Assembly (NCBI GenBank): GCA_964653285.1
Contig: CAZZEX010000003.1
Coordinates: 1,195 to 65,194 of the forward strand
Reading direction: 5' to 3'
Length of the DNA: 64,000 nt
DNA from: an uncultured Anaerolineales bacterium
GTDB taxonomy: Bacteria > Chloroflexota > Anaerolineae > B4-G1
A program made the position numbers and the translations under genes. The notes below the pieces were generated by a model. The model ran no database searches. It was not told the origin of the DNA and saw only the letters and a program-made list of their open reading frames with translations. Positions 42,117 through 52,237 of the stretch are shown here, one piece after another; within the stretch, counting starts at the first letter, position 1, and the number at the start of each line of letters is the position of its first letter.

Positions 42117-42607
42117 CACCGGATGATCTGCGCGAGACTTTTGGGCGCTTGGCGCGAGGCCCCACCGCAGCGACGCAAGCGGGCCGGCACCTCTACCTGT
42201 GGCACGGCGATCTGACCGCGCTGGAGGAATTGGTGCCGCCGGTACTGTTGCAGCGGTTCAACCTCTACGCGCTGGCGGGGCGACTTCCGCGCACGCCCTA
42301 CGCCGCTGACGAAGCCCGCCGTCTGCTGCGCGCTCAGATCGAGCAAGAACTGCACGACCGGGCCGCCCGTGCCTCCCGGCAGGTGCTCACCGTGGACGGC
42401 TGCACCCTGCTGGCGCGCTACGGCGTGCCCCTCCAGCCCTTCTACTCCTTCGTCAGCGACAGTCACGCCGTCGTCCTGGTGGTGGCTCGCGAGGAGACGG
42501 AGTTCGTCCCACCCGCGCTGCTGCCGGATTTCGTTCGCCTGGCTCCGGCGACGACGTTTGCCGCGTTGAGCCGGGCCGTGGGGGAAAAGAACGTCGTACA
42601 AGGATGA
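42113..42607 (+). CDS. BrxF/BrxB-like inactive P-loop protein
   Basis: 164 aa, Walker-B-like VLTVDG, no Walker A; directly before BrxC-like ATPase. Confidence 0.5.
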   Translation: MTPDDLRETFGRLARGPTAATQAGRHLYLWHGDLTALEELVPPVLLQRFNLYALAGRLPRTPYAADEARRLLRAQIEQELHDRAARASRQVLTVDGCTLLARYGVPLQPFYSFVSDSHAVVLVVAREETEFVPPALLPDFVRLAPATTFAALSRAVGEKNVVQG

Positions 42608-42613
42608 TAGAAT

Positions 42614-45600
42614 ATGGAACGAGTACCGCTGCGCACGCTCATCCGTCCCCGGCCGCAACCGGAGACCACGCTCGACCTGCGCCGCTCCGTCGCCCAACCG
42701 GAGGCCACCGTCGGCACCTACGTGTTCACGGATAGCATCCGACGGCACTTCGAGGAGATCCTGGAGCACATGGCCCGGGGCGAAGGCCAGGGCTTTTGGG
42801 TACAGGCCGAGTACGGAGCCGGCAAGACCCACTTCCTGGCGACGCTGGCCTGCCTCCTGTCCGGCGACGACGCGCTGTGGAAACAGGTACAAGACGACGG
42901 TATTCGTCTCTACCGTCGCCGCCTGCGCGGTACCCGCCTGTTCCCGGTCGTCATCTCCCTGCGCGGCGAGGCAGAGACCGACGCGGTCGCCACTCGCCCC
43001 CTGTTCGACGTCATCGAGGAGAGGCTGGAACACTCGCTGAAGGAGCACGGCCTGCGCGACGCTGTACGGCTCACGCTCGCCGACGACCTGCTGGACTGGT
43101 TCGCGGGGCAGCCGGAGGGGACGCGCGGGGACATCGAGACCTACGTGCAGCGCCAGACCGGCCAGTCCCCTGGCGCGCTGCGCGAGTACGAGGGCGACGC
43201 CGCGCTCACACACCTCCTCCGGGCCTACTGCGACGAGCACTCCATCCGCCCGCAGGTGGCCTCGACCGTCAAGGCGCGGTTGTGCCACATCTACGACCAG
43301 TTGACGTCACCGGATTTGCCTGGCGGATCCTACGACGGCCTGCTATTCGTGATAGACGAGTACGAGGGCTGGGAAAAGTCACGCCCTCGTGGTTCTTCAC
43401 AACAAGCCCGAGATGAGGATTTGCTGGAGACGATGGCCTTCGTCCTGCCCAGGGGCGAGGGGCTGCGCATCTTCACCGTCGTCGCCTCACAGACAGCGGT
43501 GCCGGCTAAACTGCGCGGCGAGCACGGCGGCGACCGCTTTATCAACGTGCCGCTTCTAGCCGGCGCCGAGCGCGACTACGACCTCATCGTCTCGCGCCGC
43601 GTGCGCGAACTGGAACCCGAAAAACTGCCGGAGGTGGACGAGTACTACCACTACTACGCCGAGATGTTCGATTTCGTCCGCGACCTGAACGAGGACCAGT
43701 TCCGCGACATCTTCCCCTTCCAGCCGCGCTGCTTCGACGTCGCACGCCGCATCACCGAACGCGATCTGCCCACCGCCCGCTCCGGCATCCTCATCTTCTG
43801 GCAGGCGCTCAACCGGCCGCGGTTGCTCGACTGCGACACCCTCATCCGCGTGGCCGACCTGCTGGAAAGCGACCACCTGCACGAATGTCTGAACACGACC
43901 GTCTACCGGCCCGCCTTCGACGCCTACCGGGTGGCCCACGAGGGGCTGGAGAGCCTGGGGCTGGAGAAGACCGACCTGCAACTGGCCCAGGACGTGCTGG
44001 CGACGCTGTTCCTCTGGCACCTGGCGTACCTGACAGGGCCCCGCCCGCTGTCGCTGAAAGAGTTGGCTCAGGCGACGCTGACCGTCTCCGACCTTCTGCG
44101 CGCCGAGGACGCCGTGGCCTACGTCCTGGCCCGGATGCGGGAACTACCCCAGGTGCGCTTCGACGACCAGGGGGCAGCGTTCGTCGTGACCGGCGGGGAA
44201 GGCCCGACGCCGGTGGAAGTCTTCAGCCGCTATCGCGAGGAACCGCTGCGCGACGCCCACGCCGTCGCCCAGGCCTGGACCGACGGGCTCTTTCTCACCC
44301 CCCGTGAGACCGGGGGCCAGGCAGGGCTGTTCGGTGACTTCGAGCCCAACGAGATGAAGCGGCTCCGCGCCGAGTTCCGACACCTGGAGTACAACGGGGA
44401 GGTCGTCGTGGCCACACACTGGCAACTGGACTGGAGCCTGCCGCTGCCCGGCGAGGACGTCCATTTCCGCATCGTCATCCTCACCGGCCACAAGCCCGAC
44501 GCCGTGAAGCCAGCTGACCTGCAAGACCCGCGCATCGCTGTGATCGTCCCCTCCGAACTGGTGGGCGGAGCGCACGCGGCTGCAGTGGACTACCTGGCCT
44601 GGCAGAACATGGAGCGGGACTACCGTGATCGAACTGGCCCGGAGGCCGAAAAGATGCGCGACTGGCTGGTGACCAGGCGGACGACTGTGCTGAGCGACCT
44701 GCTGATGAAGCAGACCGGCCTGTACCGCTCCGCCACCGTCGTCACCCGCGACGGGCTGGCGATTGACGTGCGCGAGGCGATGGGGCTGGCCGGAACGGAG
44801 CACCACGTCGGGTACGTCGTCGAGCGCCTCCTGGCGGCGGCCTACCGGGACCTGCCCGTCGAGGCGGGCAAGTTGCGCTCCCTCCTGCACCCCAACGACG
44901 CGGGCAAACTGTTCGGCGGCCTGTTCGGCCGCCAGCAGACCTCCGCCGCCCGCGCTGCCGTGCGTAACTACGGCGTCGGGCTGGGCCTGGTGCACCCCGA
45001 CCGGCCCACCGGCTTCAGGCCCACCGCTTGCCGGGCCTTCGACCTGATCCGCGCCATGCTGGACGAATACCAATCGCAGGGACGGGAACTGCCGGCCTGG
45101 CGCATCTACGAGCGCCTGTCCGGCGTGCCCTACGGCCTCCCCTACCCGCTGATCCAGTTGTACCTGCTGGCGTTCGTGCGCCACGGCCAGCCACGGGTCG
45201 AACTGAGACTCAAGCCGGGCCACCGGCTGACGATACGCAAGGGCCAGCCTTTGCCCAGGCCCGCGCTGACGATGACCAACGTGGTGGACGTGGACTGGAA
45301 ACTGGGACTGAACCGTTGGTTCGACGCGCTCATCCCCGCCCGTGGCCCCAGTTGGAACGACACAGTAGCCTTCGCCCGTGAGGTCAAGCCCGACCTGCAC
45401 GCCGCCTCCGACCCGGCCGAGATTGAGCGCCAGGATAACGCACTCCGCGCCGCGATGGAAACGCTGAGCCAGGAGGCGCAGACGGCCCACCGGGGACTGG
45501 AGGCGCTGGCCCGCTCGCTGCAGGGCGAACTGACCGACGAGGCTGGCGAGGTGCTCGACCGGATGCTCGCCTTGGGCCAGGCCGGTGCGCAGGGGTACCA

Positions 45601-46546
45601 GGCTTTCCACGAGCGGGTTCAGGAGCACTACGCTTCGCCCGAGCCGCTGCGCGAGGACGTGAGCGCCTACACGCGGCTGCGCCGTCTGGCCGGGTACGCG
45701 GCCGAGATTCAGGAGACGCGGGCCTACCTCGACGCGATGCTCCTCCGTCCGCAGGACAGCGAACTGGCCGGCGACCGCATGCTGTTGCTGGGGCAACTAT
45801 CGCTGGCGGAATTGGAGCGCAATCCGGCGCTCTGGCCCTCCGTCTCCGACTCCTTCGGGCGGCTGAAGAGCCGCTATCGCACGGCCTACCAGAAGCACCA
45901 TCGCGACACCTACCGGGTGATGGCCGACTTGCGGGCGCGGCTGGAGGACGTACCCCGGCGGCTGCACGCACTGGCGTTACTCAACTCCATTATGGAGTTG
46001 GGCGAGCCGGTGGGTGCGGACCTGGCCGAGGGATACGCACGGCTTCAAGAGCGGCTGCGTCCGTGCCCAGTGACGGAAGTGACGGCGGTGGACGTCGAGG
46101 CCCAGCCAGTGTGCGCCGCCTGCGGCCTGCCGCTGACCGTCCGCGCCCCGGCCGCCGAGGTTGAAGCGTTCCTGGGCGACCTGGAGCGGGCGCTGCAGGA
46201 GCAGAGGCGGCGGCTGAGCGCCGAGGCAGTGCGCCGCGTGCTGGAGCGCGCCGGCGGCGACGAACTCTCGCGCCTGATCGAGGCCGCCCGCGCGGCCGAG
46301 ATTGCCCGCCTGGTGGACGTGCTCGACGAGCGCGTGGCCGAATCCATCCGCAAACTGCTGGTGGAGGACGGGCTGGTGACCGCCCCGGCAGAGGTATTTG
46401 CGCAGTTGGCCGAGTTGCATCCCACCGTCGGGGAGGGCGAGATACCCGCCACCGTGCGCGACTTTGAGGGCTTGCTGCACGAGGCATTTGATGAGGCGCA
46501 GAAGGCGCACCCGGACAAGAAGACGGTGAGAGTAAGTCTCAGGTAA
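42614..46546 (+). CDS. brxC: BrxC/PglY-like ATPase (DUF6079-like)
   Basis: Walker A AEYGAGKTH, Walker B LLFVIDE, FPFQP, coiled-coil C-half, C...PVCAACG zinc site. Confidence 0.75.
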   Translation: MERVPLRTLIRPRPQPETTLDLRRSVAQPEATVGTYVFTDSIRRHFEEILEHMARGEGQGFWVQAEYGAGKTHFLATLACLLSGDDALWKQVQDDGIRLYRRRLRGTRLFPVVISLRGEAETDAVATRPLFDVIEERLEHSLKEHGLRDAVRLTLADDLLDWFAGQPEGTRGDIETYVQRQTGQSPGALREYEGDAALTHLLRAYCDEHSIRPQVASTVKARLCHIYDQLTSPDLPGGSYDGLLFVIDEYEGWEKSRPRGSSQQARDEDLLETMAFVLPRGEGLRIFTVVASQTAVPAKLRGEHGGDRFINVPLLAGAERDYDLIVSRRVRELEPEKLPEVDEYYHYYAEMFDFVRDLNEDQFRDIFPFQPRCFDVARRITERDLPTARSGILIFWQALNRPRLLDCDTLIRVADLLESDHLHECLNTTVYRPAFDAYRVAHEGLESLGLEKTDLQLAQDVLATLFLWHLAYLTGPRPLSLKELAQATLTVSDLLRAEDAVAYVLARMRELPQVRFDDQGAAFVVTGGEGPTPVEVFSRYREEPLRDAHAVAQAWTDGLFLTPRETGGQAGLFGDFEPNEMKRLRAEFRHLEYNGEVVVATHWQLDWSLPLPGEDVHFRIVILTGHKPDAVKPADLQDPRIAVIVPSELVGGAHAAAVDYLAWQNMERDYRDRTGPEAEKMRDWLVTRRTTVLSDLLMKQTGLYRSATVVTRDGLAIDVREAMGLAGTEHHVGYVVERLLAAAYRDLPVEAGKLRSLLHPNDAGKLFGGLFGRQQTSAARAAVRNYGVGLGLVHPDRPTGFRPTACRAFDLIRAMLDEYQSQGRELPAWRIYERLSGVPYGLPYPLIQLYLLAFVRHGQPRVELRLKPGHRLTIRKGQPLPRPALTMTNVVDVDWKLGLNRWFDALIPARGPSWNDTVAFAREVKPDLHAASDPAEIERQDNALRAAMETLSQEAQTAHRGLEALARSLQGELTDEAGEVLDRMLALGQAGAQGYQAFHERVQEHYASPEPLREDVSAYTRLRRLAGYAAEIQETRAYLDAMLLRPQDSELAGDRMLLLGQLSLAELERNPALWPSVSDSFGRLKSRYRTAYQKHHRDTYRVMADLRARLEDVPRRLHALALLNSIMELGEPVGADLAEGYARLQERLRPCPVTEVTAVDVEAQPVCAACGLPLTVRAPAAEVEAFLGDLERALQEQRRRLSAEAVRRVLERAGGDELSRLIEAARAAEIARLVDVLDERVAESIRKLLVEDGLVTAPAEVFAQLAELHPTVGEGEIPATVRDFEGLLHEAFDEAQKAHPDKKTVRVSLR

Positions 46547-46553
46547 GTATTCC

Positions 46554-47396
46554 ATGACAAAGAAGCGCACTTCCCGGCGGCGCAGATCAAAATCCGCTCG
46601 CTCTACCAGTGCACGTCTCAGCCCGGCTCAACTCAACGGATTGCTCAACCAGGGCCGACGGCTGTTGATATCCGGCGAGCATGAGCGTGCAATCTCCGTT
46701 CTGGAACGGGCGTTGCCGCATCTGCCACGCAACCGCCAGCGGGCCGAGGCGCTCAGCGACCTGGGAATGGCCTACGGTATGCTCAAGCGTGACGAGGATT
46801 CGTACCGGGCGTTGCTGGAGGCCACGCAGATTGCCCCTGACGATGTGCGCATCTGGTATAACTTCGGTCAGACCTGCCGGGGGGCCGGGCGGCTCGTGCA
46901 GAGCCTGCGCGCCTACGAGCGTAGCGCGGCGCTGAACCGCGACCCCCGCCTGGCTTCCAGGATTGCCAAAGATGTTGCCCTGGCTCGCCAGTTGGTAGAG
47001 ACCGAGTTGAGCGTGCGCCCACCTGGCTTTACCGTTGATGACCTGCTGGCGCAGGAGAACCTGTTCCTGGCAGGTGTGGAGGAAATGGTTGCCCGGCAGT
47101 GGGACCGCGCCGCCGATCTTTTCCGGCAGGCGCTTGCCCTGGCCGACACGATCCCGCAATTGTGGGGTAACCTGGGCATCTGCCTGCTCAACCTGGAACA
47201 GTACGACGAGGCCGAAGCAGCGCTCCGCCGGGCGCTGAAGCGTGACCCTGACTACGATCTTGCCCGGCAGAACCTGGCCGCCCTGGCGGAGATGCGCCGC
47301 TCGGGCGGACGCCCCATTGTGGCGATGCGTGACCCCCTGGCTGGTCGGCCGGCTCCAAAGATCTTCTACCCGGAGATGGATGAACACCATGGTTAA
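46554..47396 (+). CDS. TPR-repeat protein with basic N-terminus
   Basis: About six TPRs (e.g. LWGNLGICLLNLEQYDEAEAALRRAL). Confidence 0.8.
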   Translation: MTKKRTSRRRRSKSARSTSARLSPAQLNGLLNQGRRLLISGEHERAISVLERALPHLPRNRQRAEALSDLGMAYGMLKRDEDSYRALLEATQIAPDDVRIWYNFGQTCRGAGRLVQSLRAYERSAALNRDPRLASRIAKDVALARQLVETELSVRPPGFTVDDLLAQENLFLAGVEEMVARQWDRAADLFRQALALADTIPQLWGNLGICLLNLEQYDEAEAALRRALKRDPDYDLARQNLAALAEMRRSGGRPIVAMRDPLAGRPAPKIFYPEMDEHHG

Positions 47397-47533
47397 CGAC
47401 CTCCATCTTTTCTCATCTACTATGATGCCGCCCACTACGACCACATACTGACATCTGCTGTCACATCCATTTCCCCTGCACCGAGAAGTATGCTATACTG
47501 CGTCACGAAACCAACTGTTGAAAGGTGTGTTTC

Positions 47534-48343
47534 GTGTCGAGAAATATAACAGAACTGGGTCCCAGGGAGGCGGAGTTTCTCTCCAGATTGGCCGGTGAGG
47601 GACGGACTATCTTTACCGTCGAGCAGGCACGGTGCTTCTGGGGAAACACCGACTACACGACCAACGTCCTGGGGCGGCTGGAAAGCAAGGGGTGGCTGCG
47701 CCGGCTGGAACGCGGCACGTACCTGATCATCCCCCTCGAAGCGGGCCCCGCACGCGACTGGTCGGAGAGCGCGCTGGTGATCGCGCCGTACCTCATCCAG
47801 CCAGCGGCAATCGCCTACTGGTCGGCGCTGCACTACTGGAATATGACCGAGCAGGTACCCCGCACCGTCTTCGTCCAATCCACCCGCCGCAAACACCGGC
47901 GTCGGGTAGAGGTACTGGGCATCCCCTTTCGCTTCGTCACCGTCGTCGAGGCCAAGTTCTTCGGCGTGGTCAAGCGCACACTTGATGGCAAGCCGCTTTA
48001 CGTCACCGACCGGGAGAAAACGCTGCTGGATGCGGCCGACCGCCCCGACCTGAGCGGCGGCATCGGCCAACTGGCCCAGGCATTGCGCAATGCCTGGGCC
48101 GACGTGGACTGGCAGCGGCTGGACGAGTACCTGGCCCGTTGGGGGACAGGCAGCCTGACCAAGCGGCTTGGCTACCTGATAGAGATACTGGAACTGCCGC
48201 TCCCCGACCGGGAGGAGCGTCTGACCCGCTGGCGCCGTTCGCTCTCTAGCGGCATTGCTTCCCTCGAACCCAGAAGTGGCGATAAGGGCCACGTCGTGAC
48301 CCGCTGGCGAGTGCGCGTAGACGTAGAGGAGACGTGGCAATGA
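47534..48343 (+). CDS. abiEi: Type IV TA antitoxin AbiEi family
   Basis: wHTH ...RLERGTY, AYWSALHYW.MTEQVP, TDREKTLLD. Confidence 0.85.
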   Translation: MSRNITELGPREAEFLSRLAGEGRTIFTVEQARCFWGNTDYTTNVLGRLESKGWLRRLERGTYLIIPLEAGPARDWSESALVIAPYLIQPAAIAYWSALHYWNMTEQVPRTVFVQSTRRKHRRRVEVLGIPFRFVTVVEAKFFGVVKRTLDGKPLYVTDREKTLLDAADRPDLSGGIGQLAQALRNAWADVDWQRLDEYLARWGTGSLTKRLGYLIEILELPLPDREERLTRWRRSLSSGIASLEPRSGDKGHVVTRWRVRVDVEETWQ

Positions 48344-49254
48344 TCGGCGAGGCCGAACTGCGGCGCTGTGCGGCGCGTTGGGGCGTGGATCCGATGATGG
48401 CGGATTTGGACTACAGCCTCGGCTGGTTCATCGCCGCGCTGTACAGTGCGAACGAGATCACCAGCCGGCTGTGTTTCAAAGGCGGCACCTGCCTGCGCAA
48501 GTGTTACTTCGCCGACTACCGCTTCTCCGAGGACCTGGACTTTACGGCCACGGTTCGTCTCAGCCCCGACCGGCTGCTGGAATGGGTAGAGCAAGCCACC
48601 CGCTGGGCTGCTGAGGCGGATGGCCCGAACTATCGGGCTTCCCCTCCGCGCCTGGAGACTGTCCATGATGAATACGGAAGCGAGACGTATCAGGTGCGGG
48701 TCTACTACCGGGGGCCATTGCGGTGGGGCGGGGACCCGCGCGCGATACGGCTGGATGTGACCCGTGAGGAACGGCTGGTGCTTGCCCCGGCGATTCGTCG
48801 CCTGATTCACCCGTATTCCGACGGGCCGGTGCTTGCCCAGGCGGAGATTGCCTGCTACACGCTGATCGAGGTACTGGCCGAGAAAGTGCGCGCCGTGGGC
48901 GGGCAGCGCCGCTTTGCTATTTCTCGTGACATCTACGACATCCATCGTCTGGTGCAATCCGGCGTGACGGTCGCCGATGTGGTGCCGCTACTGCCGGCCA
49001 AGTTCGCCGCCCGGGGTGTGGACATTGAGACTCTGGCCGTAGAGCGGTTCACAGCCCGGCGTGCCGCCTTTGAGGACGATTGGAACCAGCGTCTCGGCCA
49101 TCTTGTTCAGGACGCGAGCCCCGTGACTTTTGACGCTACCTGGGAGACGACCGTTGATGTGCTGCGACAGGTTGAGGAGAGCCTGGGAAAGCGACCGTCA
49201 GCGTCCCGTGCGTCTCACACAGGAGGAGACGGCTCTGATGCCCAAGCCCAATGA
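48340..49254 (+). CDS. abiEii: AbiEii/AbiGii nucleotidyltransferase toxin
   Basis: FKGGTCLRK, RFSEDLDF, AEKVRA, RDIYD. Confidence 0.9.
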   Translation: MIGEAELRRCAARWGVDPMMADLDYSLGWFIAALYSANEITSRLCFKGGTCLRKCYFADYRFSEDLDFTATVRLSPDRLLEWVEQATRWAAEADGPNYRASPPRLETVHDEYGSETYQVRVYYRGPLRWGGDPRAIRLDVTREERLVLAPAIRRLIHPYSDGPVLAQAEIACYTLIEVLAEKVRAVGGQRRFAISRDIYDIHRLVQSGVTVADVVPLLPAKFAARGVDIETLAVERFTARRAAFEDDWNQRLGHLVQDASPVTFDATWETTVDVLRQVEESLGKRPSASRASHTGGDGSDAQAQ

Positions 49255-51562
49255 CTTGAAAGCCTTCCTCGCCCACCACGCCACCCCCTACGACCCCGCC
49301 AGCGACACCTACCGCCGGCCCCCCTTCGCCGCGCCGGTGAAGGCCGGCAAGAACACGCCCGTCTACAACGCCCACTCCTACCACACCAAGGTCCCGCCCC
49401 AGGGCATCGTCCCCTATATCCTGCACTACACCGACCCCGGCGATCTGATCCTCGACCCCTTCTGCGGCTCCGGGATGACCGGCGTGGCCGCACTGATGTG
49501 CGCTCACCCTCCAGCCGAAGCGTTACACCTGGTATCCGGCGTTCAGCCCGGCCCCCGCTACGCGGTGCTCAACGACCTCTCCCCCGCTGCGACGCACATC
49601 GCCTACAACTACTGCACCCCTGTTGACGTGGAACCGCTGCGGCGGGAGTTCGAGCGCATCAAGGCCGCGGTGCAGGAAGAGTTCGACTGGCTCTACGGCA
49701 CGACCTGCGACCGCTGCGGTGGCCCGGCGACCATCCAGTACACTATCTGGAGCGACGTATTCGAGTGCGCCCGCTGCGGGGAGGAACTGGTGCTGTGGGA
49801 CGTGGCGGTGGACTCTGAGAGCGGCAAGGTGCGCAAGAGGTTCACCTGCCCGGTGTGCGGCAAAGAGCAGGTCAAGAAAGGGTTGCACCGGGTGGGGTCG
49901 GTGCCGGTCGTGACCAACTACGAGTGTGCACGCTGCAAGCCCCATCGCGCTGAGCACCCCACAACTGAGACGGAAAAGCAGCGCATCGCCGAGATCGAGA
50001 GTGCTGACATCCCCTACTGGCACCCTACGGATGAGTTCCCATTGGGCAGGCAGACACGCAAGATTCGGAAGGGGACCGCAGGCATCAGCCGAGTTGACCA
50101 GATGTACACGAAGCGTAACCTTTGGGCATTGGCGCGGCTCTGGTCCGAGTTCGAAGGTGTCGAAGATGAGCGGATTAGTTCGGCTCTGTGGTTTGCGTTC
50201 ACTTCAATTGGGCTCACGTCTACGAAGATGTATGCCTATCGCGCTACAAGGAAGGGTGGTATTCATAAAGGCACTCTCTACGTTCCTGCTCTCAACTGCG
50301 AACTCAATGTGGGAGCAAGTATCGCCCGGAAGGTAGGGGGCATGTGCCGTTCTCTGATCAAGACTGGAGAGGGTGGTGTGGTTGTCGCAACTGGTTCAGC
50401 AGTCAACTTGGGAGACCTACCTCGCGCGAGTGTTGATTATGTTTTCACAGACCCTCCGTTTGGTTTGAATCTTCAGTATGCTGAGATCAACTTTATCTGG
50501 GAATGCTGGCTTCAGCGATTTACGGACTGGTCCCAAGACTGTGTGATGAATTACGTCCACGAAAAAGACCTGGTTTTCTACAGCGATGTGATGACCCAGG
50601 CATTTGTGGAGATGTACCGCGTGCTCAAGCCGGGCCGTTGGGCATCGGTCGTCTTCCACAATACCGACGACGCAGTGTGGCGGGCAATTCAGGAAGGAGC
50701 ACAAGAAGCCGGTTTCGACGTGGTCAACGCCATGGCTTTCGACAAGAGACAGGGCACCTTCAACCAGGTCAACATGGGTAAAGACAGTGCCGCTGGCTTT
50801 GACGTTGTGCTCAACCTGTACAAGCCCCGTCGCGACGGCACTAACGGCAGAGCGACACCAATCACTGACGTCGAGACCAAGGTTGTGGAGGCCGTGGCTG
50901 CTCACCTCTCCAACAACCCACCGGCAGAGCATCGCACAACCCAATTCCTGCACAGTTTTACCATCCGTCAGTTGCTTAACTCTAATGTCTTGATCGAGAA
51001 GGTGACCATCCCCTATCTGGAGGCGGTCCTACCCCACTACTTCAAACAGATTGAGGGCTGCTGGTATCTGCGCGGCGAGCAGGTGATCGAGGGCGGGCTA
51101 GGGCTGATTGTCAAAGACGAGCCCTCCGCCATCGCCTGGCTTTCGCGCCTGCTGGAGAACGAGCCCCAGACCACCGGCGACCTGATCCCGCAGTGGCAGA
51201 TGACCACGCTCGACGCGCCAATCGCCAAGCCGCTGGACCAGATCCTGGAGGAGAACTTTTGGCAGGATGGGCGCACCGGCCGCTGGCGGCTGCCCACCGA
51301 AAAAGAGCGGCGCAAGATGTCCGCCAAAGAGGAGGTCGCCGCCCAGGCCCACCTGCGCGTCGTCCACCGCTACCTGGATGGCGGCCTGGAGCGCCGCCCT
51401 GGCGACCTGGAACTGTGCCTCTGGATCCGCTTCTGCTACCGCCGCGAGTTCTATGCCGAGGCGGTGGCCCTCTTCCCCCACGTGGACGAGACCCGCGTGG
51501 ACGCGGAGGAGTACCGGAAGGTGCGCAAGATTGTCGAGGTGTGCCGGCTGAAAGGCGAGTAG
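49238..51562 (+). CDS. PglXI-like amino-DNA methyltransferase with zinc ribbons
   Basis: YHTKVP, DPFCGSGMTG (motif I), four CxxC, DYVFTDPPF (motif IV), YRVLKPG; AGGAGG RBS. Confidence 0.85.
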   Translation: MPKPNDLKAFLAHHATPYDPASDTYRRPPFAAPVKAGKNTPVYNAHSYHTKVPPQGIVPYILHYTDPGDLILDPFCGSGMTGVAALMCAHPPAEALHLVSGVQPGPRYAVLNDLSPAATHIAYNYCTPVDVEPLRREFERIKAAVQEEFDWLYGTTCDRCGGPATIQYTIWSDVFECARCGEELVLWDVAVDSESGKVRKRFTCPVCGKEQVKKGLHRVGSVPVVTNYECARCKPHRAEHPTTETEKQRIAEIESADIPYWHPTDEFPLGRQTRKIRKGTAGISRVDQMYTKRNLWALARLWSEFEGVEDERISSALWFAFTSIGLTSTKMYAYRATRKGGIHKGTLYVPALNCELNVGASIARKVGGMCRSLIKTGEGGVVVATGSAVNLGDLPRASVDYVFTDPPFGLNLQYAEINFIWECWLQRFTDWSQDCVMNYVHEKDLVFYSDVMTQAFVEMYRVLKPGRWASVVFHNTDDAVWRAIQEGAQEAGFDVVNAMAFDKRQGTFNQVNMGKDSAAGFDVVLNLYKPRRDGTNGRATPITDVETKVVEAVAAHLSNNPPAEHRTTQFLHSFTIRQLLNSNVLIEKVTIPYLEAVLPHYFKQIEGCWYLRGEQVIEGGLGLIVKDEPSAIAWLSRLLENEPQTTGDLIPQWQMTTLDAPIAKPLDQILEENFWQDGRTGRWRLPTEKERRKMSAKEEVAAQAHLRVVHRYLDGGLERRPGDLELCLWIRFCYRREFYAEAVALFPHVDETRVDAEEYRKVRKIVEVCRLKGE

Positions 51563-51576
51563 GGAGGGAACCTATA

Positions 51577-51925
51577 TCAGGGCTTTACCGAAGCCGCCTG
51601 ACCTAACCCCCCAGCCCCCTTCCCTGCAAGGGAAGGGGGGCGGAAGCTCTCTCTCCACTCTCCGCTTCGGGGAGGGGGGGAGCGGAAGCTCTCTCTCCAC
51701 TCTCCGCTTCGGAGAGGGGGGGAGCGGAAGCTCTCTCTCCACTCTCCGCTTCGGGGGGGGAGCGGAAGCCCCCTCTCCCCTCTCCGCTTCGGGGAGGGGG
51801 GGGAGCGGGAGCCCTTTCTCCCCTCTCCGCTTCGGGGGGGGGGGAGCGGAAGCCCTCTCTCCCCTCTCCGCTTCGGGGAGGGGCCGGGGGAGGGGTTCTC
51901 TTGGCAGACTTTGGGATAGCCTTGA
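51577..51925. repeat. Tandem array of six ~42-bp hairpin units within imperfect TIRs
   Basis: GCGGAAGC(Y)nCTCTCCGCTTCGGGGAGGGG units at 51640, 51682, 51724, 51762, 51805, 51846; ends TCAGGGCTTTACCGAAG and CTTTGGGATAGCCTTGA. Confidence 0.85.
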
Positions 51926-51926
51926 C

Positions 51927-52052
51927 CGCAGTATCGCAAAAGTCGCCCTGACGGTTAGCCGTCATTCTGAGCGTAGCGAAGAATCTCCCTACTACCTTGG
52001 TCGAAACCCTTCGCTTCGCTCAGGGTGACAGGGTGAGTTTTGCGCCATTGCG
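51927..52052 (+). mobile_element. MITE/REP-like family A, full copy
   Basis: CGCAGTATCGCAAAA...TTTTGCGCCATTGCG; inverted relative to the 40906 copy. Confidence 0.7.
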
Positions 52053-52097
52053 ATACGAGATATTGGCGGGGCTACAGTCTTCGAGGAGGTGTCTGGA

Positions 52098-52170
52098 TCA
52101 CGAAGGTCACGAAAGAACGCGAAAGCCACGAAGTTTTCGTGCTTTTCGTGCCCTTTCGCGTGTTTCGTGG
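52098..52170. repeat. Inverted arrays of 9-mer repeats (CACGAA.. x4 and ..TTCGTG x4)
   Basis: Read directly from sequence. Confidence 0.65.
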
Positions 52171-52237
52171 TTCAGGGCCCCGTGTCAAAGTCGTCACTAT
52201 GAACAGATTGCCGGTGTCCGGTTAGGGGGGAGAACTC

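Noticed and set aside
51600-51900. Possible CRISPR array
   Set aside because: Units are contiguous with no unique spacers, and there are no cas genes in the window.
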